DNA of 55,719 nucleotides from a virus (IMGVR_UViG_3300042402_000298:1-55719); one strand, 5' to 3'; positions 1-7,760 are shown, counted from the first letter of the stretch. Program-made: numbers and translations. Notes: generated by a model not told the origin, from the sequence alone.

Positions 1-158
1 TAGCACGTTAGGCTCATCGCCGTGGTGTGTTTCGTGCATGAAGTCACTAACACCTTCGCGATCAGCCTTTTCAATCGCGGCGTTGTATTCCGCCCTCGAC
101 ATGTTTTTAATTGACGGGCGATTGCTGGGCAAGCCAACACGAATCTCACGGTAGTTCT
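1..158. repeat. Terminal direct repeat (left copy), circular assembly overlap
   Basis: 1-158 equals 55562-55719 except g128 vs t55689; it lies inside an ORF that stays in frame across the junction. Confidence 0.95.
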
Positions 159-3048
159 CACCGCCCGGCATGTTGTAGTCAGGGTGCGAGTCAGGGCCAT
201 ACAGCGATGGCTTCTTACCTTCCAGTCGCTCTCTGTCTCTTGCGATTGACTGGCGCATCGTTTCAATCTTGCTCTCGTACTGCTGAACCAGTGGGCTCGT
301 GGGCGCAGTCTGTCTAACGCGATCTAGCTCAGCCTGCACCTGCTGGATGCCGCCCTCTCTGTATCGAATGCTTTCTTTCAAGGCGTCTGCGGTCTCTGAA
401 TACTCATCAGACTCTTGATACGGCCTGCGCACAGACTCACGCAGCGGGATGCGGTTCTGCTCAGCCAGCGCCACGACTTCATCTCGCGTCACGTTCGGCT
501 TACTCGCCAACTGATCGAGCCCCAGCTCAGCAATGCGCTCATCGTTGACGCCCTGCTCGAGCTTCTTCATGTCGCTGATAAATGCCGAGCCCGGCCCCTG
601 CTTGCGCTGCAGGTTCAGTGCTGCCTTCTCCGCGGGGTTGTAGAAGCCCACAGGATTTGCAGGCGCCTTTACCTTGCCCGGCTTGCCCGGAGGTGCGGCG
701 TACATTCTGGTGGGCTCTAAGGCCCGCTCAAGGCCTTCTTCAAGCATCTCTCGTGCGGTCGGGGCCAATGCCTTACCCAGCTTGTAGCTACCAACGCCGA
801 TAGTAGGCGCCAGTATCGAAGCCCCCATCTCCAGCATTGGGCGCTCTGTCCCAGAGGTCATGCCGGAGGACTTCATCATCTCCCGAGCAGCATCCGAACC
901 ATACGGGCCTTCGGGTGTCAAAGAAACTCGAGGGGCATATCCCATCTCGGGTTTTCGTAAAGGGCCGGTGTCCATCACCGACGCAGGCTTGCGAAGCAGC
1001 GGGTGCGTCTTCTGCACATGCTCGAGCGCCGAGCCAACCTCACCCACGATGTCCATCGGGGTGCCCACATATTCAGCCACGGGGCCGCGCATCAGTACGT
1101 CTTGCGCCGAGCCGGGCCGCACCATCGACCGGCGTTCTTTCTCAAATTGGGACTTCAGCAGATCAACCGTCTCTTGGAAGATCGAGGGGATCTTGAGCGG
1201 CTTCGGCTTGAACATCTCGCCCGATACGTCGCCCGGATTGCCACCGCCCTGCATGTGAACAACGCCGCCTTCGGCAAAGCCCTCACGCTGCAGGTGTCGC
1301 AGGTACTTGTCGGTGATCTCTTGGGTCGGGTATGGCTCACCCGGAGGTGTCATCGTCAGATCGTAGTAGCCCGGCTTCTTGCGCCCAGTGCGGCGTCTAA
1401 ACTCTTCGTTGAAGGTCGGCAGTGCGATCTCGTTCGGCACAGGCGTAAACAACTGCGCCAAGTCTTCGCCCTGCAGAATCTCGGGGAACGCAGGATGTAG
1501 GTCAGGGCGGCTTATAACGCCCCTGTCGAGCGTGAACAGCCGCGGGCCAATCGAGAACGTCTCAACGTCACGCAGCATCGGCTCGGCAGTCTCCATCATG
1601 ATTCTGCCGCCGGGGATGATCGAACCACCTCGGAGCGCACCGCCCAGCTTCTCACCCATCAGCAAGTCGGCAACGATAGCCCGCTTCTCGAACGTGTCGA
1701 TCTCTTTGCGCAGGCTCGGGTCGAGGATGTCGGCACCCTCACCGAAGTGCGGCTCGAGCGCCTTGTTGAACTTGGCACGAAGCTCTTCGTTCAGGTTGCC
1801 AGCCTTAGCCTCCTTTTGGAACGCCTTGTACAGCTTGTCGAACACGATCTCGTTCGACTTATGCTGGAACGGTGAGCCGATCAGGGTTGACCATAGGATG
1901 TCAGAGTCTGACTGGTTAGCGATGTTCTTTGCGGCGCCCGGCGTCTTCACGCCCCATGTGGCGCGAGCCTCGGCGTAGCGTGGGTCAACCAACTGCAGGC
2001 CAGAGAACGGAGGGCCACCTAAGTATTTAGCTGCCGTGCGGTCAGCCTGTGTGACGCGCAGCTTCTTGCCTTCAGCACCTACGTTACCCAGCGCCTCTGA
2101 CAGACGGGTCACGGGCTGATTCGCCGTGTACTCAGTCATCAGCTTGCCCGCCATGGCCCGCTCTGCCGCGGTCAAGGGACGCGCTGCCTCAACCATCGAC
2201 TGCAGGTCTTTGCCAGACTCCACAGCCTTCTCAGCGCCACGAGCCGCCTTCAGTGCCTTGCCGAGCTTACCGCCACCACCAGCCAGAGCCAGACCGCCTT
2301 CCGCCTTAGTGATGTCGGGGTTCTCGATGTCGTAGGTGCCTTGGTTGCCAATAGCGGACTTTACTTGCCTCGGATCGAAAGCAACCACTTCCTGCAACTT
2401 CCCATCTTTGTCGTAATAGAGAATGCCGTCATGCCCCATCTCCCTCAAAGCGTCAACATTGCTTTGCGAGAGCGTCCACGGATCGCCGCCCGTTTCCTTA
2501 AAAACTTCTCGCCAATTTTGCTCAGTGGTAATCAGTGGGTTCTTTATTTGCGTGTGCAGCGGCATCACGTTCGTGCCGGGGGTAAACATATTTGAGTTAC
2601 TACCGTACATGTACCCCGGCTTGTCGGGAATTTGCCTGATGTTATGAGCAGCGGGCTGAAACTCTTCGTTGGGGGTCATCCAAATGGCAGGGCCGCTTCG
2701 GTTTGGATTGTCGCCACCCGGCTTGAACTCAGAGAAATCCTTGGTGGTCGCGTGATACATCCGCTCTTTGACCGCTGACGGCTCGAGGAACTTCTGCTTG
2801 CCGCTCTCTCGGAGCTGGCCCTTGATCTCTCGCAGAGCCGCCTTGCCCTTGGTCTTATCTTCCACCTTCGGGGCGTAGAACGCATCCTTCTCAGCCTGCA
2901 GCCGCTCGAACATCAACTGCGCCTCGAGCTGGGCTTTGGGGGAGCCCTTCGGCAAGTTAGCCATTAATGCTTTGAAGTCAGGCTTTGACGCAGACTTCGC
3001 GCCCTTCGCCGCGTTCATGAGCTTCTTGATGTCTTTAGGGCTAGGCAT
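1..3048 (-). CDS. N-terminal 1016 aa of a 1426-aa multi-domain (polyvalent-type) protein with an ADP-ribosyltransferase-like (ART-PolyVal) domain; continues at 55561..54329
   Basis: ATG at 3048, 2 nt after the terL stop; I checked that the frame has no stop codon from 3048 to 1. Motifs MYHATTKDFSEF..GPAIWMTP..VMPLHTQIKNPL..GHDGILY..EVVAFDPRQVKSAIGNQGTYD resemble the ART-PolyVal pattern. Absent from the ORF track because it runs off the end. Confidence 0.85.
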   Translation of the reverse strand, partial: MPSPKDIKKLMNAAKGAKSASKPDFKALMANLPKGSPKAQLEAQLMFERLQAEKDAFYAPKVEDKTKGKAALREIKGQLRESGKQKFLEPSAVKERMYHATTKDFSEFKPGGDNPNRSGPAIWMTPNEEFQPAAHNIRQIPDKPGYMYGSNSNMFTPGTNVMPLHTQIKNPLITTEQNWREVFKETGGDPWTLSQSNVDALREMGHDGILYYDKDGKLQEVVAFDPRQVKSAIGNQGTYDIENPDITKAEGGLALAGGGGKLGKALKAARGAEKAVESGKDLQSMVEAARPLTAAERAMAGKLMTEYTANQPVTRLSEALGNVGAEGKKLRVTQADRTAAKYLGGPPFSGLQLVDPRYAEARATWGVKTPGAAKNIANQSDSDILWSTLIGSPFQHKSNEIVFDKLYKAFQKEAKAGNLNEELRAKFNKALEPHFGEGADILDPSLRKEIDTFEKRAIVADLLMGEKLGGALRGGSIIPGGRIMMETAEPMLRDVETFSIGPRLFTLDRGVISRPDLHPAFPEILQGEDLAQLFTPVPNEIALPTFNEEFRRRTGRKKPGYYDLTMTPPGEPYPTQEITDKYLRHLQREGFAEGGVVHMQGGGNPGDVSGEMFKPKPLKIPSIFQETVDLLKSQFEKERRSMVRPGSAQDVLMRGPVAEYVGTPMDIVGEVGSALEHVQKTHPLLRKPASVMDTGPLRKPEMGYAPRVSLTPEGPYGSDAAREMMKSSGMTSGTERPMLEMGASILAPTIGVGSYKLGKALAPTAREMLEEGLERALEPTRMYAAPPGKPGKVKAPANPVGFYNPAEKAALNLQRKQGPGSAFISDMKKLEQGVNDERIAELGLDQLASKPNVTRDEVVALAEQNRIPLRESVRRPYQESDEYSETADALKESIRYREGGIQQVQAELDRVRQTAPTSPLVQQYESKIETMRQSIARDRERLEGKKPSLYGPDSHPDYNMPGGENYREIRVGLPSNRPSIKNMSRAEYNAAIEKADREGVSDFMHETHHGDEPNVL

Positions 3049-3050
3049 AA

Positions 3051-4490
3051 TTAGATCGCGTAAGGGTTAGAACGCTTGCGCCGTCCTTCGACGTAATCGT
3101 CATCGTCGTCAACGGGCTGCGGGTCAATGTCCAGCCAGCCCGCGTCGCGCAAGTATCGCAGAGCCTGTGTGCAGCTGTCCACAAAGTCATCGTGTGTCGA
3201 TTCTGGGAAGGAACAGATCTGACTCACGAACCCTTCCGCCCAGTCACGCACGAAGCCCTTCTTGACCGCGCTCTCGGGGATGTACACACGGCGGTGGGCG
3301 ATGATGTTCGCCACAATCGACAGCCGCTGGATCTTGTCCGCCTTGCCGGGGTTGTAGGCTCTCACCGGCAGGTGTGCCCGCTGTAGGTCTTGGATCAGGG
3401 AGATGCCAGCAGCCTTGTCTTCAATAAGCACCAAGTCGACCTTCTTGCCCCCTGTAAAGTTTCCTCGGCCCTCTTCCTCGGGGTCAGCGCCATACGATAC
3501 TTTGAACTCTTCGATAACCTTCGGACGCAGATCCGGGTACTGCAGATGGTCTTGCCACGCATCGATGAGCATAACAGCCATCGGGCCGTCTTCGGGCTTA
3601 AAGACGCCCCACGTCGTTGCCGCGGTCGGATCATTGATCGTCTTCTCCGTGTAGGCGCAGTCATAGGACTGCAGGATGTACTCGAACTTGGGGAACGGCT
3701 TCTGTGCAGGCCAGAGCTTGAACATGTCCCGTTTCACGATGCCGCCCTCTTCGGGGTCGATCAGCTCGGCGTAAATCTCCTGCCGGCCTAGCTTGGTGCC
3801 CTCGTACTGCAGGATCTGCTTCTTGAAGTTGTCTGCAAGGTTGTTAATGTTCTGGTAAGTCGAGGCGGTTGTCAGAACTACGTCATCGCCTTCGCGCTCC
3901 ACCAGCTCGAGGATCAAGTCCTTCGGCCTCGGGGTCGTGGTGCAGAGTATCTTTGTCTTTTCGCCCAGACGAACGCCAAACTGGATCTGATTCCACGCCT
4001 CTTGCAAGTAGTCCCATGCCGCTAACTCATCAAGCCACGCGCCGTGGAACTGCGGGCCACGGAAACGCTCGGGCTCTGACGCCGGGATGCCAATCATGAT
4101 CGACCCGTTAATCAAGGTCAGGGTAGGACGCGGCGCTTTAATGTATTGGCGGATCAAGTCTTGAGGAATGACCGACAGTAGGCCAGAGTCGCCCTCAAAG
4201 CAAGTGCCCTGTACGTCAGAACTCGTTGGGGCAGACACTAGCCATCGAGTGCCCGGTTGCTGCCACGCCCACCAGCCTACCTGCTCAGCCGCGGTGCGGG
4301 TCTTCCCAGCGCCACGGCCTGCCAGCATCAGCCAGATGCCCCACCAATCACCGGGCGGAAGTATCTGGTAATCATGAGCCTTCAGCAGCCAGTTGGTGCG
4401 CCACTCAAACGCAGCTCGATACTCAGGCGGCAGCTTGGCGTACTGCGCTCGAGTCGCTGGGTCTTTCAGGATGTCTTCGATCTCGCTCAT
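3051..4490 (-). CDS. terL: Terminase large subunit
   Basis: Walker A AGRGAGKT, Walker B AWLDE, TTTP coupling motif, nuclease QSYD and HDDFVD motifs. Confidence 0.95.
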   Translation of the reverse strand: MSEIEDILKDPATRAQYAKLPPEYRAAFEWRTNWLLKAHDYQILPPGDWWGIWLMLAGRGAGKTRTAAEQVGWWAWQQPGTRWLVSAPTSSDVQGTCFEGDSGLLSVIPQDLIRQYIKAPRPTLTLINGSIMIGIPASEPERFRGPQFHGAWLDELAAWDYLQEAWNQIQFGVRLGEKTKILCTTTPRPKDLILELVEREGDDVVLTTASTYQNINNLADNFKKQILQYEGTKLGRQEIYAELIDPEEGGIVKRDMFKLWPAQKPFPKFEYILQSYDCAYTEKTINDPTAATTWGVFKPEDGPMAVMLIDAWQDHLQYPDLRPKVIEEFKVSYGADPEEEGRGNFTGGKKVDLVLIEDKAAGISLIQDLQRAHLPVRAYNPGKADKIQRLSIVANIIAHRRVYIPESAVKKGFVRDWAEGFVSQICSFPESTHDDFVDSCTQALRYLRDAGWLDIDPQPVDDDDDYVEGRRKRSNPYAI

Positions 4491-4702
4491 CGGCGTAGCT
4501 TCAGGTAGATAGCGATCAGGAACATGGCGCAGCAGGCTTCAGGCTTACCCGCCACACCAAACATCAGGCCGATCAGCACCGCCAAGAACTCAGCCACATA
4601 TAGGGCGATCTCTGGGAACTCGAGCATCTCGCGCTCTTTGATCGCCATCAGCTCAGCTTTGCGCTCGGCAATCCGGCGCCTTAGTTCTTCTGCTACGTCC
4701 AC
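4487..4702 (-). CDS. Small membrane protein
   Basis: GTG start, C-terminal hydrophobic helices, ATGA overlap with terL. Confidence 0.65.
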   Translation of the reverse strand: MDVAEELRRRIAERKAELMAIKEREMLEFPEIALYVAEFLAVLIGLMFGVAGKPEACCAMFLIAIYLKLRR

Positions 4703-4860
4703 GGTCTATTAGCCTTCCGGCGGCGCTCAGCGGGTGATAAGGACTCGATCTCGGGATCGCGGATAACTTGGTAGGCCTTCGACTCTCCGGCCTCAGAGCC
4801 CGCCATAAAGCCCAGTATCAGGCCGAATACGAATGTTACGATTGCGAACAGTATCCACAT
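4693..4860 (-). CDS. Small membrane protein (MWILFAIVTFVFGLILGF...)
   Basis: 3' part of track ORF 4693..5031; TGATG coupling to the upstream gene; N-terminal TM helix. Confidence 0.6.
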   Translation of the reverse strand: MWILFAIVTFVFGLILGFMAGSEAGESKAYQVIRDPEIESLSPAERRRKANRPWT

Positions 4861-5027
4861 CACCATAGTCTTCTCCGGCACTGGTCGGCTGTCAGGTCGG
4901 GCCGTAGCTCCGGGGTCTTGCAGATCGGGCGGGGCGGCATATGCAGGGTCACCACCGCAAACCATACCGACAGTACCGCCACCGCGGTCAGGTAGATTGC
5001 CAGCAGCACGATCTCGACCCTCTCCAT
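4860..5027 (-). CDS. 55-aa membrane protein (MERVEIVLLAIYLTAVAVLSVWFAVV...), not in ORF track
   Basis: ATG immediately after the upstream stop; TM helix; tiles the operon. Confidence 0.6.
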   Translation of the reverse strand: MERVEIVLLAIYLTAVAVLSVWFAVVTLHMPPRPICKTPELRPDLTADQCRRRLW

Positions 5028-5189
5028 TCATTTCCTCATCGGCTCACGATAAGAACTCTTACCAGAGGACTTGTAAGGGCTTGCGCTCTTGCGGTCAAGG
5101 CATGGCCTGCAGATCCAACGCATTACCGACCCCCGCCGTTGCATCTCCCCTTCGGCCCTCTGCGTTTGGCAGGAGGTGCAGAATCTCAT
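5028..5189 (-). CDS. 53-aa zinc-ribbon protein (MRFCTSCQ...RWICRPC), not in ORF track
   Basis: ATGA overlap with the terS stop; CxxC..CxxC. Confidence 0.65.
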   Translation of the reverse strand: MRFCTSCQTQRAEGEMQRRGSVMRWICRPCLDRKSASPYKSSGKSSYREPMRK

Positions 5190-5704
5190 TTCTTGGATTG
5201 CTTGGTTAGCTCTATGTTCTTTAGGACGGCGTCGAAGATGCCCGTGTCCACTTTCATCTCGAGCGGGTTCTCGGCGTCGCCGGCGACTATCTGGCGGTCG
5301 CCGTACTTCTTAGGCTTCAGCTTAGCCGCTACCCACTTGCGGGCGTCTACGCGGTTCTTCTGCCATGTCACCCAGCCACTATCTGTGCGGCTTATGCCCT
5401 TGTCGTCAACGATCTCTTGAGGGGGCTCATCAGCAATAGCATGTATCTCATCTGCGAGTGTGTCTGCTTGCTCTTCCCTTGCTCTCGCGTAATTATCCGA
5501 GAATTGCTTATTCTGCAACAGCCAAAGATACACGGTGCTGTGTACTGGCATTCTGTCTTCCATGCAGATTTGGCGTAGGGATTCGCCGCAACTGATCCTT
5601 GTACAGATCTCTGCGGCTATAGCGGGGTCGTACTCAGTCTTCCTACCAGCCCGCTTCTTTGGGGGCTTTGCTTGCTCGGCGGCAACTGTGGCTTCATCAG
5701 ACAT
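5186..5704 (-). CDS. terS: Terminase small subunit (Sf6 gp1-like)
   Basis: GRKTEYD..EICTRISCGESLRQIC..YARAREEQADTLADEI..RKWVAAKLKPKKYGD pattern; upstream of terL. Confidence 0.9.
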   Translation of the reverse strand: MSDEATVAAEQAKPPKKRAGRKTEYDPAIAAEICTRISCGESLRQICMEDRMPVHSTVYLWLLQNKQFSDNYARAREEQADTLADEIHAIADEPPQEIVDDKGISRTDSGWVTWQKNRVDARKWVAAKLKPKKYGDRQIVAGDAENPLEMKVDTGIFDAVLKNIELTKQSKK

Positions 5705-5729
5705 ATCTCAGTCTCTCTCTTGCCTACGG

Positions 5730-5933
5730 TTAGGTGAATAGCTTCTTCAAGAACTCTGCTGCGGCTCCCGGGCCAAGCAGTACCATAATCATCACGCCAT
5801 AGATCAACATCTCAATGCGGATCATGCGCTGGTCGCCCTTCTCTAAGCGCTTCTCGATAGCCTCGTATCGGGCATTTGATAGCGCCTCATGAACTGCGAA
5901 GCGCGTCTCTAAGTCCTTATCCATCTCAAGCAA
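5730..5933 (-). CDS. Small coiled-coil plus TM protein (XhlA/holin-like)
   Basis: HEALSNARYEAIEKRL coiled coil followed by a hydrophobic helix. Confidence 0.6.
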   Translation of the reverse strand: MLEMDKDLETRFAVHEALSNARYEAIEKRLEKGDQRMIRIEMLIYGVMIMVLLGPGAAAEFLKKLFT

Positions 5934-5947
5934 ACCCCCTCACGAAC

Positions 5948-6124
5948 TTACTCTGCGGCATCTTCTTTCTGCTCAGCAATTGGTAGCTGTGGCATTGCCT
6001 GCACCCGGATGTTGTCGATCATTGGCGCCGCTTGATTGAAAGGCAGAGCCCCAAGCAGTGTCAATAAATGGTTAATCTCTTCCAGATTGTATTGCAATGT
6101 AATACGAATGTCTTTGTTTTCCAT
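5948..6124 (-). CDS. 58-aa hypothetical protein (MENKDIRITLQYNLEEINHLLTLLGALPF...), not in ORF track
   Basis: SD AGAGGA 4 nt before ATG; resembles the small ORF at 34149..34298. Confidence 0.7.
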   Translation of the reverse strand: MENKDIRITLQYNLEEINHLLTLLGALPFNQAAPMIDNIRVQAMPQLPIAEQKEDAAE

Positions 6125-6164
6125 GCTGTCCTCTTATAGTTGATTTGACTTCTTGTACCCACCC

Positions 6165-6369
6165 TTGGTGAATCTTGGAGCATAGCAAGCCCTAACCGTA
6201 CAGCACGGGCCCGCTTTCCCACCCTCGGAGCCATCTCCTCGCGTAGCCCCCCAGACTTGATCCACCACCCGGCTCTAGGGTTCACCCACCGTCCCTGCTT
6301 TGGCTTGCTCGTGTAGCAGGGTAGTCCACAGACACCACCGACGTACCGCATGTCTGGGGCAGCAAGCCC
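6165..6369 (-). ncRNA. Candidate ~200-nt pseudoknotted structured RNA in the late-operon leader
   Basis: Multiple complementary segments: 6352-6359/6249-6256 (8 bp), 6315-6321/6293-6299 (7 bp), 6281-6286/6167-6172, 6271-6275/6228-6232, and loop 6302-6309 complementary to both 6361-6369 and 6184-6192. Confidence 0.5.
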
Positions 6370-6472
6370 AAAAAAAATGCCCAGTTAAGGAGGCTTTAGG
6401 CTTGGTTTGCCGCACACAGGGGATTGCTCACTCATCGATCCTGTAGCTTTGACGAAGCCGCCTTAACTGGGC
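6370..6472 (-). ncRNA. P4 CI / P1 C4-like antisense or attenuator RNA ending in a U8 tract
   Basis: Perfect 12-bp inverted repeat GCCCAGTTAAGG 6379-6390/6461-6472; inner stems; loop and bulge complementary to upstream leader; T8 follows on - strand. Confidence 0.5.
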
Positions 6473-6528
6473 GTTCTTGCGCTAGTGAGAGCTTTCTACT
6501 CGGCACCACCCGTTAGTAGATAGCCCCA

Positions 6529-6557
6529 AAGATACTCCAGAAAACTCCAGTATGCAA
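6529..6557 (-). promoter_or_regulatory. Sigma70-like promoter facing the late (terS to tail) operon
   Basis: TTGCAT-17bp-TATCTT on - strand. Confidence 0.55.
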
Positions 6558-6558
6558 G

Positions 6559-6993
6559 GTGTTGGGTTCGATTTGGTCTTCAGCTAGGCAAATGGGAAAG
6601 CCAGAAAACCATCTGCGTCAACATCCTCGAATGCTGGCTTAACACCCAACACGACTGAGGACTGACATCCCTACAGCGCCGAGCTGCCGAGTCGAACGGC
6701 GGCCCCACCACAAACCCGTGAACGCCTTGCGCTAGGTTGCGCAGCCAATCCCCATGCGTGTTGGTAGTCGGTACTCGCTGCGTCTGGGGTAACTCGTCGG
6801 CTTCAGCTCACCGATTTCCGTCCCAGCATCCGCTTTCCCAACTGGTATGGAGACCGACTCTGCTCCGCAGGTTCCAGTCTACGGGGTCGGGGGTAGTGAC
6901 CAGCCGATCTCCATGCCACTTGGCGCTCTACGCAAACGGCTGAGCTGCCGATCCTTGACGCTCATTGTTACGGGATTGCGCTTCCCCAATGAG
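6559..6993 (-). ncRNA. Array of abutting stem-closed structured RNA elements
   Basis: Closing stems 6559-6567/6644-6652, 6646-6653/6757-6764, 6766-6771/6838-6843, 6843-6859/6902-6918, 6961-6967/6987-6993; T-loop and loop-E-like motifs; G-U wobble pattern favours the - strand. Confidence 0.55.
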
Positions 6994-6996
6994 TCG

Positions 6997-7248
6997 TCAG
7001 TCTACAGACTTTTTGTCATCCACGAGGCCCATCGCATACTCCGCGATCTCCCTGATACTCGCCGTGCAAGTACCGTCAGCAAGGATGTCCTCCAACGCGC
7101 TCATCAGGATCATCCGCTTGCAATGCTCATCATACGCAGCGTCAGCCAACCTATCGAACTGCGTTTCCATCCTGTTAAGAGCTTTGTAGTCGTTGTCGCC
7201 AATGTCAACCACGATCATCTTGCTGCCCAGCTTCAAAGTTTCAGTCAT
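6997..7248 (-). CDS. Hypothetical protein
   Basis: 83-aa ORF in operon context. Confidence 0.7.
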   Translation of the reverse strand: MTETLKLGSKMIVVDIGDNDYKALNRMETQFDRLADAAYDEHCKRMILMSALEDILADGTCTASIREIAEYAMGLVDDKKSVD

Positions 7249-7264
7249 GTCGTATCTCGGTGGT

Positions 7265-7282
7265 GCCCGGCTTTCGCCGGGC
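7265..7282 (-). other. Intergenic GC-rich hairpin with GAAA tetraloop
   Basis: GCCCGGC-GAAA-GCCGGGC on - strand; no U-tract, so more likely a stabilising or processing hairpin than a terminator. Confidence 0.6.
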
Positions 7283-7289
7283 GGGTTAA

Positions 7290-7673
7290 TCAGAAGCTGA
7301 AGTCGTGATACTTCTCGCGCTCACCCAGATACAGGTTGCCGCTTGGCGCATTGTTCAGGCGACCAGTCTCAGGGTTACGAACCTGCTGCACCCACTGGCC
7401 CTTCTTGTTCTTGCGGTAGATGCGCTTGTAGTTCTCAGGGTTCTGGGTGTACTCGTAAACTTGGCTCTCGCTCATGCCGTTGCCGTCTACGCGCTTGTAG
7501 TCGTCGTCCTGAACCACGATGTACCGGCCCTTCATGTTGACTTCCACTACGGTCGCTGGGCTGCGGTCAGTCCAGTAGCAGATGGTGGCGGGCATACCAA
7601 CGCAGGGCTCAGCCGAGCGGCTGTTGGTCATGATGTGGTTAACTAAGCTGCCTGTTTCGGTTCCGAGTCTCAT
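7290..7673 (-). CDS. Hypothetical phage protein
   Basis: 127 aa; SD AGGAG; own promoter. Confidence 0.8.
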   Translation of the reverse strand: MRLGTETGSLVNHIMTNSRSAEPCVGMPATICYWTDRSPATVVEVNMKGRYIVVQDDDYKRVDGNGMSESQVYEYTQNPENYKRIYRKNKKGQWVQQVRNPETGRLNNAPSGNLYLGEREKYHDFSF

Positions 7674-7715
7674 GATTTTCTCCTGTTTCGCATCCTGACC
7701 AATGTGTCAGTGGTG

Positions 7716-7748
7716 TAATTCTACATTAAACGATCGCACCCGTGTCAA
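7716..7748 (-). promoter_or_regulatory. Promoter with 18-bp putative operator
   Basis: TTGACA-19bp-TAGAAT; TAATTCTACATTAAACGA (7716-7733) is 16/18 identical to 8503-8520. Confidence 0.6.
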
Positions 7749-7760
7749 CAATTTTCTTTG

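Noticed and set aside
111-2885. Many + strand and short - strand ORFs in the track
   Set aside because: Shadows of the uninterrupted - strand frame 3048->1
6061-6351. 96-aa ORF
   Set aside because: No clear SD, overlaps the better-supported 5948..6124 gene, atypical composition; the region is better explained as structured RNA
6570-6590. Hammerhead-like CUGAAGA on - strand
   Set aside because: No stem II followed by GAAA and no correctly placed cleavage triplet
6660-6750. Possible tRNA gene (GTTCGACTC T-loop)
   Set aside because: No pairing acceptor stem, canonical D-arm or 7-nt anticodon loop could be built
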